The translations under genes were made by a program, and so were the position numbers. The notes under the pieces were generated by a model, which worked only from the letters and a program-made list of their open reading frames with translations, was not told where the DNA came from and ran no database searches. A stretch of 64,000 nt of DNA from the IMG/VR virus record IMGVR_UViG_2687453420_000002, positions 1 through 64,000 of that record, one strand, 5' to 3'. This DNA is from a virus. Taxonomy: Duplodnaviria > Caudoviricetes. Every line of letters begins with the position of its first letter. Position 1 is the first letter of the stretch. Of this stretch, positions 8,417 through 18,067 are shown piece by piece.

Positions 8417-9337
8417 TTATACTACCTTTTTTTGTAAGTAATTTCTATATTCTAAAGGGGTCATACAGTTTAAACGTTTTTGATAACGACTAGAATTATA
8501 ATAATCTATATATTCTTCAACTGCTTCTCTTAATTCTTCATAAGTGTTAAAAGTCTTTAAATAATACATTTCTGACTTTAGCATACCCCAAAAAGCTTTC
8601 ATTGGCCCATTATCAATACATCTTGAAACTCTAGACATACTTTGTGTCATTCCCGCATCGTCCAGTTTCTTTTTAAACATCCTGGATGTATACTGGAATC
8701 CTCTATCACTATGAAATATAGGTTTAGATTCAGGATATTGACCATGAGCTATATCAAATGTTTCAAATACAAGTGCATTATTATTTGAATGTCCGAGCAC
8801 AAAAGCTACAATACTTTTATCGCTAAGATCTAAGATTGCACTAAGATAAGCTTTATTGCTTGCACCATATTTAAATTCAGTTACATCAGTTAACCATTTT
8901 TCCCCGAATTTATTTGTTGTGAATTCTCTACCTAAAACATTTTCGGCAGTTATTTCTGGTATTGATTTTATATAAGTCCGCTTTTTCTTCCTGCATACAG
9001 ATTTCAAACCAAATATTTGAATTAATCTATAAATACGTTTTCCATTCACGTGAAAATTATTTTCTCTATTAAGCTTTATTGTCATCTGACGATAATCTAA
9101 AATACCATTCCTTTCTTCATATGCATCTTTGATTAATGGTATTAAAGACTTATTAAATTGCTCATTTGCCCCTTCTTTTCTATTAAGCCATTTATAATAA
9201 GCAGAACGTGATATCTCAGCAATTCTGCATAATTCTGAAATGGTACAATTTTTATTGTTATGTATTTCTTGAATTGCCAAATAAATTGTTTCATTTTGAA
9301 CTTGGCTTAATATCGCCCCCTTTCTATCTCTTCCCAT
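8417..9337 (-). pseudogene. IS3 OrfB DDE transposase, probably inactive
   Basis: WLTDVTE, FHSDRGFQY, DNGPMKAFWG (usual catalytic E replaced by K). Confidence 0.8.
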
Positions 9338-9988
9338 TTTTTAAGAGAATATTTTCTAATTCCACTCTTCGTTTTTCTGCCTTTAAAAGTTTGTTTTCCA
9401 CACGAAGTCTTTCAATTTCGGACATTTCATTCTCTGACTTTTTACAACCTCTTTTATCAATAAGCCCTTCAATTCCTTTTGATTCATATTTTTTAAGCCA
9501 TGTATAAACCTGTTGATAAGATACTTTATACTTAATTGCAGTTTCCGTATAATTATTTTCATGTTCTATGCAATATTTAACAATTTCTACTCGTTCTATA
9601 TATGTAGTTTTACGCCTTTTAGTCATGATACTATACCCTCCTGTTGTAGAAGATTTTAATTTATCAGACTATTATACTTCATAATCCAGCTTTGGAGTTG
9701 AGTACAACTTCTGATTTTATATTTTTTACATATATCTAGCTGAGAACCCTTACCATTTAAGTAATCCAAAACTGCTGCTTGTTTCAACTCAGAAGAGTAA
9801 GCATAATTTCGGTTGATTGTTTTTAATCCGTCGACTCCTAATGAATCATATCTAGCAATCCAATTTAAAACAGACCGAGGAGTTACTTCTATTTCTCTTG
9901 CAACTTGATGAGCAGATTTTCCATTTTCTTTTACATCAAGAACGCACTGATAAATAATTTCAAAAGGTGTTTTAGCTTTTCTTCCCAT
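9324..9988 (-). pseudogene. IS3 OrfA (HTH repeats) split by a frameshift near 9660
   Basis: ORFs 9656..9988 and 9324..9626 are consecutive HTH repeats of one OrfA. Confidence 0.75.
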
Positions 9989-10224
9989 AAAAAATATGCC
10001 CTCCTTATATCAAACAAGTTTTTATTATTTTACTTGTCTACCCATAAGGGAGCATATCAAAAGGGAGTACCTTTAAAATTAATATCTTATATACTTTTTA
10101 TTGATTAATTTTTTCTACACATGGATATAATAAAAACGCCCCAAACACTACACCAACATGTGTAAAAATCTGTATGTAAAAAGAGTCTTAAATAAATGAA
10201 ATCTCTATTTTATTTATTAATATT

Positions 10225-11547
10225 TTAGATTTGACTTATATTTACTATTTCAATTATCCAGTTAAGCCAACTTTTTATTGTTTGAGCTCTTCGTTTATAC
10301 ATTTTAGCAGTATTTATATTTTTAACTTTATTTTTTTTCATTAATGTTACAATACAATTTATGCTTGGCATTTCTACATTATTTAAATATAATCTCATGA
10401 CTTCATTAAATACTTTATGAGATAATATTAATTTAAATATTTCTAAATATTTTTCAGTACTCCTATTATTTAAAATCTTTCTACCTTTTTCAGATAGCGA
10501 AATAGTTCCCAATCTAAATTGTCTATCCGCTAATCCAAGATAAGCACATGCATTTGAATAATAATGAGCTTGTCTATTAACAACCCCGATTTCTATACTT
10601 ATCTGTTCTTTGCTAATGTAATCTAAATCAGTATAAAGCCTATTTACTATGTACATTATGTTCTCAAATGTATCAGCTTGAGGAAATGGAATGTCATTAG
10701 GTTCATCAACTATTTTAACTGTGCCCAACATCTTTTTTATATCCTCAAAAGTTATATAAAAATCATCAATCATAAATCTTCTAACTTTTTTTAACTTTAA
10801 AGAATTATAACATTTTTCATTTTCTACTTCATAAATATAGAAGCTAAAAATATTATTAGAATATGTTAAAAAACACGGAATAACCTCTTTACTAACTCTT
10901 TCTTTTATTAACCTATATGGATAATATAATTGTCTTATTATAAAATCTGTAAAAACATTATTTTTTGCTTCCAATAAGAGTATTTTATTTCTACTTTCAA
11001 AAGCCCCATCTATTTCACATTGTGCTTTTGAAACATTTATAATATGTTTTTTATTGTTTGAATCACTTATTTCAAAATTAAATTCTCCTGAACTCATTCT
11101 TCCATTAAATGTTGGATATATTTCATTATCCTCTAAAATTATATTAAACATTTTTGACGCATAAGCACAGTTTATAGAATTTGCTTCTGAATAAATATTT
11201 TTATAGTCAATTCCTTCTATCCATTCTGGAAAAGAAAGTCTTTCAATCTGAACATTTGAATTTTCAAAGGATTTATACACCTCAAAATTTCCAATTATAT
11301 AACTTCCCCGTGTTATAGGTAAAATAGATAAATTATTTTCTACAAAAATACTAGGCAAACTATCTCTATAATCAAATTTTGTCATTAATCGTGGTTCATG
11401 ATATTTTTTGATTTGATTAGCTTGAATTATAAAATATCCTTCTCTTTTTACTGCGGTTAAAATTTGGAGCTCATCAAATATTGAACTCCAAAATTTATCT
11501 ATTTTTCGTGTTTTATTGTCATTACCTTTTTTCTTTTCATTCCCCAT
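10225..11547 (-). CDS. Putative restriction endonuclease (PD-(D/E)XK fold, C-terminal winged-helix-like region)
   Basis: EIDGAFE..LLLEAK..IRQLYYPY motif; 13 bp downstream of the MTase. Confidence 0.6.
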   Translation of the reverse strand: MGNEKKKGNDNKTRKIDKFWSSIFDELQILTAVKREGYFIIQANQIKKYHEPRLMTKFDYRDSLPSIFVENNLSILPITRGSYIIGNFEVYKSFENSNVQIERLSFPEWIEGIDYKNIYSEANSINCAYASKMFNIILEDNEIYPTFNGRMSSGEFNFEISDSNNKKHIINVSKAQCEIDGAFESRNKILLLEAKNNVFTDFIIRQLYYPYRLIKERVSKEVIPCFLTYSNNIFSFYIYEVENEKCYNSLKLKKVRRFMIDDFYITFEDIKKMLGTVKIVDEPNDIPFPQADTFENIMYIVNRLYTDLDYISKEQISIEIGVVNRQAHYYSNACAYLGLADRQFRLGTISLSEKGRKILNNRSTEKYLEIFKLILSHKVFNEVMRLYLNNVEMPSINCIVTLMKKNKVKNINTAKMYKRRAQTIKSWLNWIIEIVNISQI

Positions 11548-11560
11548 TTAATCTTTCCTC

Positions 11561-12394
11561 TTATATCTCATAATTTCTTATTAATACTTCTTCTACTTCT
11601 CCTCTTTTATTAGAATTGCTATTTATAGACCTATTCGCATTAACAACAACAATCTTATAATCGGAATAAAGATTTCTAATAAAACTTGTATTACTATTAG
11701 ATAAAAGAAACTTTACTCCTTTTTTATCTAATTTATCACACAAATTTTTTAATCTTATTTGTTCTTTCCTATTAAAACCATTAGCAGTATATCCCGTAAA
11801 ATTAGAACTATTACTAATTGGGTCATATGGTGGATCAAAATAAACAAACGAATTTTTCCCTATTCGCTTTAATGATTCTGAATAATCACCACACTTAATT
11901 TCAATATTATTTTCATTTAGATACTTGTTTACTGCTCTTAAAACAGTCTCATTTAATATATTAGGATTTTTATATCTACCAAACGGTGTATTAAAATATC
12001 CTGATGAATTCACTCTATAAAGTCCATTATAGCAAGTTTTATTTAAATATAAAAATCTACTAGCTTTTTTCACATTACTCCAATTTTTATATTCTTCTTC
12101 TCTATCAATAGCTCTAATTTCATAATAATAACCTTCTGTTATTTGATGCTTAGATAAGTCTACTAATAATTCTTCCAAATTATCTTTAATAACATTGTAA
12201 ACATTAATTAATTCTTCATTCAAATCGTTAATAACAGCTTTTTTAGGTTGCATATGAAAAAGAACTGCTCCTCCACCAATAAATGGCTCATAATATTTAT
12301 AGGTTCCTTTTGGTATATATTTTTTTATCTCATCAAGTAATTGTCTTTTTCCACCGACCCACTTTAATACTGGTTGGACTAGCATACTTCTCAC
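11561..12394 (-). CDS. Dam-like (D12 class) N6-adenine DNA methyltransferase
   Basis: LKWVGGKRQL, YYEPFIGGGAV, FLYLNKTCYNGLYRVN, FDPPY. Confidence 0.92.
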   Translation of the reverse strand: MRSMLVQPVLKWVGGKRQLLDEIKKYIPKGTYKYYEPFIGGGAVLFHMQPKKAVINDLNEELINVYNVIKDNLEELLVDLSKHQITEGYYYEIRAIDREEEYKNWSNVKKASRFLYLNKTCYNGLYRVNSSGYFNTPFGRYKNPNILNETVLRAVNKYLNENNIEIKCGDYSESLKRIGKNSFVYFDPPYDPISNSSNFTGYTANGFNRKEQIRLKNLCDKLDKKGVKFLLSNSNTSFIRNLYSDYKIVVVNANRSINSNSNKRGEVEEVLIRNYEI

Positions 12395-12432
12395 ATAATC
12401 ACCTTCTCTGATTAAATATATTATTTAAAATA

Positions 12433-12473
12433 ATATTATCCTTAAATTTATAACAAGTCAAGAACATTAGTTC
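12433..12473 (-). promoter_or_regulatory. Sigma-A promoter with abutting LexA/DinR box
   Basis: TTGACT-N17-TAATAT; perfect GAAC-ATTA-GTTC at 12462-12473. Confidence 0.65.
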
Positions 12474-12829
12474 AAATTATACACATATAATCCTGAATTA
12501 TTATTTTAAATGATATCTTTTACGTACTTAATTTCATTATTTTATAATCTTACTATCATTGCAATTAATTATTATAGCATAAAATCAATATTGTAAATAG
12601 TATAAAATATAACAATTAATTATAAAAAAAATATTTATATACAATTACTTAAGGATTATTTTATAAATATAACAGAATAGAACTAAGCCAAAAACAACTT
12701 TAACACATTTTTGATGTAAAATAAAAAGCTTTAAATATTAACTTTCTAAATTTTTTTAAGGATTAAAATTAATATACCTGGATATAATAAAAATGATCCA
12801 ATACTACGCTAACCTATATATAAATCCAC

Positions 12830-12941
12830 AAAAAAAGAACCCTATTTATTGGGGTTCTTTTTGCTTAAGCAAGGAGGTCTATAATTAACCTATTGGGAAG
12901 CCATTATATTTAATATTCTATAAATGTTAAATAATTCCTTT
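12830..12941 (-). ncRNA. sRNA cassette I (anti-SD GACCUCCUUGC)
   Basis: AGGAAT-N13-TAGAAT with overlapping TTAACA-N16-TATAAT; AAGAACCC hairpin. Confidence 0.6.
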
Positions 12942-13040
12942 AAATAATAAAAAATAAAAATAGGTAGCCTAATTAAATGCTACCTATTTTTGTTTAAATA
13001 ATCTTTTTTTATCTAACAAATTTCTAACTTAATTAATATT

Positions 13041-13289
13041 TTATCTAGGCGGTCCTACCCATGGTTTTGTTTTTGCATCACAACGATTGCACTCTTTCCA
13101 TAAAGTAGTTCCACCAGGTTCAAATCTAGAATATGCCTGCCAATCATGACCTATATAATCACAACATGAATGCTTTTGTCCTGGCATAACCCTAGTATCA
13201 CATACATTGCAAATAAATGCTGCATGAGCAGTAGACACATTTACTCCAATTATCAATGCTGTTAAAAGACCAATTGCAATTTTTTTCAT
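13041..13289 (-). CDS. Small secreted Cys/His-rich peptide
   Basis: Signal peptide ending AHA; CNVC, HSCCDYIGHD, CNRC. Confidence 0.8.
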   Translation of the reverse strand: MKKIAIGLLTALIIGVNVSTAHAAFICNVCDTRVMPGQKHSCCDYIGHDWQAYSRFEPGGTTLWKECNRCDAKTKPWVGPPR

Positions 13290-13478
13290 TTAATCTTCCC
13301 CCCTTTAAATTATTTTATCTGTTAAATCATTTTAACTTAACAGATTCTTATTATATAGTTTCTACTTTTATACAATTTTCCCTTTATAATTTTTCCCAAA
13401 AATTCAGACATTTTACATTGTTTTTCAATAAAATAATACAAAAGGGTACTCCCTATAAAAGAGAGTACCCTTAAAAAT

Positions 13479-14252
13479 TTAATATCTTATATATTTAGCA
13501 TAAACATAACCTCCATGTGGTGGATAATAAATGTGTATCCAATCTCCCTCTTTTCTATATAATTGTACTTTTGCCCCATTAGGTAAAGCCCCTAATATTT
13601 TAGCGCTTGTAGATTTCTTTTCCCTAACATTTACACCACTTGGTGTATTTATTGTACCTGTTTTACCATCTAAATTAATCCAACTACTATTATTTGTAGA
13701 TGGTTGACTTGGTGTAGGTGTTACATTTGAAGATACCCCTAACACACCATTTACTATTGCTTTGGCAATTCCATTCATTCCATATTTATTAAGTATAGCT
13801 ACATCTCCAGAACTATCTATAAAACATACTTCTATATAAATTGTTTTGGCTTTAGTTCTTTTAGTTAGTGCTAAAGGTTGGTCTTTAATTCCTCTGTTTC
13901 TAAATCCTAAATTATTTAACTGTTTTAATACTCTATCTGCTTCTACTAAATATTTACCACTATAAGTATATACCTCTGATCCATAACCACCTACTGTAGT
14001 ATTAAAATGTATACAAATATTTAAATCTGCATTTACTGAATTACATAAAGCTACTTGTTTATTTAAACTTTCTTGCAATGTTGATGCATAATCTAATCTA
14101 CATATATTGGTTCTATGTCCTCTACCTCTTAATTCCTTATCTATTTCTCCTACTAATTGCCTTGTTAATACTTCTTCTTTTAATCCATTTATTCCTCTAG
14201 TTCCTACATCTCCACCACTTAATGTGTGTCCTGGATTTAAATTAAATAACAT
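13479..14252 (-). CDS. Endolysin: Amidase_3 plus SH3b
   Basis: PGH...E, IHFN, IYIEVCFIDS; C-terminal VNVRE...G.W SH3. Confidence 0.92.
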   Translation of the reverse strand: MLFNLNPGHTLSGGDVGTRGINGLKEEVLTRQLVGEIDKELRGRGHRTNICRLDYASTLQESLNKQVALCNSVNADLNICIHFNTTVGGYGSEVYTYSGKYLVEADRVLKQLNNLGFRNRGIKDQPLALTKRTKAKTIYIEVCFIDSSGDVAILNKYGMNGIAKAIVNGVLGVSSNVTPTPSQPSTNNSSWINLDGKTGTINTPSGVNVREKKSTSAKILGALPNGAKVQLYRKEGDWIHIYYPPHGGYVYAKYIRY

Positions 14253-14296
14253 AAAACATCCCTCCTAATTATTTTAATAATAAAAAAGAACAGGCA

Positions 14297-14491
14297 TTAA
14301 TCCTGCTCTTTACTTTCTTTTACCGCTTGTCTAGCTGAACTTTATCCAAAGTAAAACCCTATTATTAATGTAAATACACTCAAAAATTCTGTACTTGATA
14401 AACTACCTTTTGCACTTAAAATGCAAAATACTATAGTAGTTAATAATGCTATTATTTTTTTAATCTGTAGAAATTGTTCTAAAAACTTCAT
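14297..14491 (-). pseudogene. Holin with in-frame TAA at 14342-14344
   Basis: MKFLEQFLQIKKIIALLTTIVFCILS...IIGFYFG*SSARQAVKESKEQD; RBS GGAAGTG; directly upstream of the endolysin. Confidence 0.75.
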
Positions 14492-14506
14492 TCTATCACT
14501 TCCTTT

Positions 14507-14761
14507 TTACTTAAATAAATTGTGCTGAATTGCATAAAAAAAGAAGCTTACTAAAGCTCCTAATGTTAATCCTACATACCACTTCATAATACCTACAAGT
14601 TGTTTTAATTGGTCACAAAGATTTTCAATTTTTGCATCTGTTCTAGATTGATTCTGTTCTATTTTATCAATTCTCTTTCCATGATCGTTAAGCCTAATAT
14701 CATGTACATTTATTTTTTCTTCTAATCTTTTATGCTTTTCTTCACAGACTTTTAATTCCAC
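14507..14761 (-). CDS. XhlA-family lysis protein (GTG start)
   Basis: RLN.HG.RIDK.EQ coiled coil plus C-terminal TM; RBS GGAGGT before GTG. Confidence 0.8.
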   Translation of the reverse strand: MELKVCEEKHKRLEEKINVHDIRLNDHGKRIDKIEQNQSRTDAKIENLCDQLKQLVGIMKWYVGLTLGALVSFFFYAIQHNLFK

Positions 14762-14984
14762 ATTACACCTCCAGTAATTAAAAATAGGCAAAATAAAAAG
14801 ACCTATATGGTCCTTACTTTGCCTTTATAAATTATTTTGTTGTGTCACATTATTTATCTATTACCAATTATATCCATTTACACTTATAAGCCCTTATTTA
14901 TAGCCATTTACAAGTATTTATATCTATAAATACTCACTATTGGGAACTAAAAAAGACACCTTATTAAGTGCCTTCCAGTTCTTA

Positions 14985-15347
14985 TTATATTATTCCTAAT
15001 TGTTTATTTACTTCTTTATTTGTCCTATTTGAAGCTTCTAATATTTTTCTATAAAGTAAATTACCAGTGTATCCTTGTTTTAAATATTTATTTTCATAAT
15101 ACTCAAATGGTAAATTAGAATTATTAATATTCAAATATGCTGCTAACTCTCTATCTTTCATTAATTTTCTAGCTTGCATTCTATATTTGTTTCTTAATAA
15201 ATGAGCCTTTATAGCTTGCTCTTTTATTGCTAATGATTTATCTATTTTATTAACAATGTTTTTATCATGATAAATATACCATTCTCTTACTTTTGGATTA
15301 CTTAGTTTTCCAATTAAATTTTCATATTCTTCAAAATTAATATCTGT
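14985..15347 (-). CDS. Stand-alone domain resembling MuF/Rhs C-terminal extensions; lacks canonical start
   Basis: Open frame extends 56 codons above the listed ATG to ACA-GAT-ATT after AGAGG; motif LRN.YR.QAR.LM.DR..A...I..AS.RTN..VN..LG. Confidence 0.45.
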   Translation of the reverse strand, partial: TDINFEEYENLIGKLSNPKVREWYIYHDKNIVNKIDKSLAIKEQAIKAHLLRNKYRMQARKLMKDRELAAYLNINNSNLPFEYYENKYLKQGYTGNLLYRKILEASNRTNKEVNKQLGII

Positions 15348-15454
15348 TCTAACCTCTTAAACCCTTCTTTTTAATATTTGCATCATTTATATAGTATATA
15401 TGATATATGAAAATTTGTCAATCTGAAATCAAAAATGTAAATTTTATACACATC

Positions 15455-15610
15455 TTATCCTTCTATAACCCTTTCTTGTTCTTCTTCTATAAACTCTTTC
15501 ATTTTTGCATTAATCCATGTAGACATCCTTATTCCTTTTCTTTCAGCTATCTTACAAAAATTTTTATATATTTCAGGATCTAGTGTAATATTTTTTCTTA
15601 TAGTTGCCAT
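15455..15610 (-). CDS. 51-aa CopG/RHH-like protein
   Basis: MATIRKNITLDPEIY..F...A...GI.MS.WIN; RBS AGGGGG. Confidence 0.65.
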   Translation of the reverse strand: MATIRKNITLDPEIYKNFCKIAERKGIRMSTWINAKMKEFIEEEQERVIEG

Positions 15611-15694
15611 ATGCAATCCCCCCTATTGGAAATTATACAATACATACTATAAATTATAAATACACACTAATAAGTATAAATGTATATAATTTAT

Positions 15695-15817
15695 CTATTT
15701 TGTCTTAATTATATCTTCTTTTTCTTCTATAGTTATCCATTTAGCTTTAACAAATATATCTAAATCACTTTCAGTATAAAGTCCCATTACATAATATTCT
15801 TTAATATAACTAAGCAT
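15695..15817 (-). CDS. XkdX-like protein
   Basis: MLSYIKEYYVMGLYTESDLDIFVKAKWIT.EEKE.I. Confidence 0.75.
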   Translation of the reverse strand: MLSYIKEYYVMGLYTESDLDIFVKAKWITIEEKEDIIKTK

Positions 15818-16178
15818 TTGCATTACCTCCAACTTGTGCTATTTTTAATAATAAATCTGCATTTAATTCTTTTTGTTTATTTAGTTCTATTTGTATCTTT
15901 GCATTATCTTTCAGTAATTTTGCATTTAATTCTGCTTGTTGTTTTTGTTGCTCTAATTCTTCTTTAGTTTCTTCTTTTATACATATTTCATATGACTGTT
16001 CCTTTGTTAATGGATTTACATAATGTACTGCACATTCATTTTCTTTTAATTTTGGTTTTGGTAAAATATCGTCTACTACTATTCCACCTGTTTTGTCTTT
16101 AACCATGTCTGGGAAATTGTGTATTGTATAAACTCTAGCCTTATTTTCTGTTATTTTTTCTATCCATAATAATTTCAT
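15810..16178 (-). CDS. Tail-fibre-associated (XkdW-like position) protein
   Basis: Between fibre gene and XkdX; C-terminal coiled coil. Confidence 0.5.
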   Translation of the reverse strand: MKLLWIEKITENKARVYTIHNFPDMVKDKTGGIVVDDILPKPKLKENECAVHYVNPLTKEQSYEICIKEETKEELEQQKQQAELNAKLLKDNAKIQIELNKQKELNADLLLKIAQVGGNANA

Positions 16179-16192
16179 TTTTCCTCACCATC

Positions 16193-18067
16193 CTATTTTT
16201 TCATGTATATTTTATCTGTTAGTTTTCTTACCATATCATCACATCCAACGTATATATAACCATAGTTATCTACTACTATTGACTTTAAATATCTATCACA
16301 ATCACAATTATATTTCCATATCTCATGTCCATCCGAACTTATTTTTCTTATAATTTCATCAGGAGAATCAGTTGCTACATAAACATAATCATAGTCATCT
16401 ACAGCTATTGAATCCCCACTTTTATTAAGACCAAGATCAGCATGCCAAATTTGTTCTCCATTATCTGGATTTATTTTAGCAATACCGTAATAAATAAATC
16501 CAATATAAATATAACCATTGTTATCTATTGCTATTGAAGCTATACTTCTACCGAAATCACGTATCCATTCTTCACCGCCATTTGAACAAAGTTTTACTAA
16601 TCTATTACCACCACCACTATAAATATAACCATTTCTATCTATTGCTATTGCCTTTACATCGCTTTTATGTTTATCATACGTCCAAATAACATTACCTGTA
16701 GAATCTATTTTTATTACTTTTCTGTTTTCAGTTCCAGCGTAAATAATATTATCATCATCTATTACTATAGATAGTATACCGTATTTACTAGAATAATAAT
16801 TATCCCATACTTTATTACCAGATGATGATATTTTAATTATATGATTATTATATTGTCCAATATAAACATAACCATTTTTTACTGCTAATGATTGCACAAT
16901 ATCACTACACTCATATTCCCACAATATAGATCCATCATTTAGTTTTCTTAATTTTTTATCACCACTTATAGTATATATATATCCATAAATATCTAATGCT
17001 ATTTGTCTTATATCATTTTTATTAGTCGTAATTGAAGTAAATCGCTGTATTTCAACAGCTAAATTAGCCGGAGTGTATGCTGGAATTTGTTTAATTTTAT
17101 TTGATAAAGTGTCAAATGAATCAGTATTATTTGCTACTATACCTTTGCCAGTAATAGCAGTAACTATTTTGTTTTTTCCATTACTGGCAGATGTAAAAAG
17201 TTCCTCTAAAGCACCTTTAACATTTTTAGATTTTATATTAGAACTATTTAATGTAACTTTATCTGCACTTAAATCTATATTTTCTATATCTGTCGCAATA
17301 TCAGCCAATTGTGAAGTTGTATCCTCTTTAAATTTATTAAGTTCTTCGCTAGATGCTTTAGTTTTTATGCTTTCAGTATTAGTGTTTATAAGATTAAGCA
17401 AATTGCCAGCAATATCTCCGCTTAATGTTTCCTTTAGTCCATCAAACCAAAGCATAAAATCTATTTCTAAATGTTTCTTTATGTTTTGTAATTCCTGTTC
17501 TGTTTTCCCTGTTATATTCTTATACCATTCCAAATACTGATTAAATATAGTAGTTGTATCTACTTGGTCTATAGTACCATGCACTATTCCACACAATTCT
17601 TTGCTTAATCGCAAATCTGTTATATTGCTTTGAATAATACTTATAACTCCTGCTCTTACATATATATCTGCAATTCCTAATTCATACATATCAGCATTTC
17701 TGGTCAATTGTGGTGCTTTAGGTTCACTAGCAAACTCACCTTTTTTTATCTTTACTCTTATTTCTCTTTCAACAACATCATATCGCAATACTATTTTATC
17801 TATCCTATGCAATACACCATCTGCAACATCTACAGGTAAAATTAAATCATCTGTATTTTCATATAAATAACCATTAATCCAAGCCTTGCCTGGCTTAACT
17901 ATTACCTGTATTTTATCTGTTCCTATTACCTGTAACTTCGTAGCTGGGTTAGGAAACACACCATTTCCAATAAAACTAGCAAAATACTCTGCATAATTTT
18001 CTGCCTTATATACCCTATCCCATGTATCACCTACTTTCATAGCATTAAAAAAACCTGATTTCTCCAT
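16193..18067 (-). CDS. Baseplate/tail-fibre receptor-binding protein with C-terminal beta-propeller
   Basis: N-terminal DRVY.A..YF..FIGNGVF; repeats IAID.NGYIY.G...K....G...W. Confidence 0.8.
   Translation of the reverse strand: MEKSGFFNAMKVGDTWDRVYKAENYAEYFASFIGNGVFPNPATKLQVIGTDKIQVIVKPGKAWINGYLYENTDDLILPVDVADGVLHRIDKIVLRYDVVEREIRVKIKKGEFASEPKAPQLTRNADMYELGIADIYVRAGVISIIQSNITDLRLSKELCGIVHGTIDQVDTTTIFNQYLEWYKNITGKTEQELQNIKKHLEIDFMLWFDGLKETLSGDIAGNLLNLINTNTESIKTKASSEELNKFKEDTTSQLADIATDIENIDLSADKVTLNSSNIKSKNVKGALEELFTSASNGKNKIVTAITGKGIVANNTDSFDTLSNKIKQIPAYTPANLAVEIQRFTSITTNKNDIRQIALDIYGYIYTISGDKKLRKLNDGSILWEYECSDIVQSLAVKNGYVYIGQYNNHIIKISSSGNKVWDNYYSSKYGILSIVIDDDNIIYAGTENRKVIKIDSTGNVIWTYDKHKSDVKAIAIDRNGYIYSGGGNRLVKLCSNGGEEWIRDFGRSIASIAIDNNGYIYIGFIYYGIAKINPDNGEQIWHADLGLNKSGDSIAVDDYDYVYVATDSPDEIIRKISSDGHEIWKYNCDCDRYLKSIVVDNYGYIYVGCDDMVRKLTDKIYMKK

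Larger units (their letters stand above)
8337..10059 (-). mobile_element. IS3-family insertion sequence, decayed
   Basis: Imperfect terminal IRs TGAATAGCACCC..GTAGACA and TGATATGCTCCC..GTAGACA; 3-bp AAA target duplication; orfA/orfB layout. Confidence 0.9.

Noticed and set aside
4113-12900. Plus-strand micro-ORFs behind the AAGGAGG motifs of the cassettes, or CsrA-sponge GGA sites
   Set aside because: Only 4-5 codon ORFs or none; on the plus strand the motifs lie after a terminator, whereas promoter polarity supports minus-strand RNAs
16193-17100. Diversity-generating retroelement target in the tail fibre
   Set aside because: No reverse transcriptase or template repeat seen; repeats are beta-propeller blades
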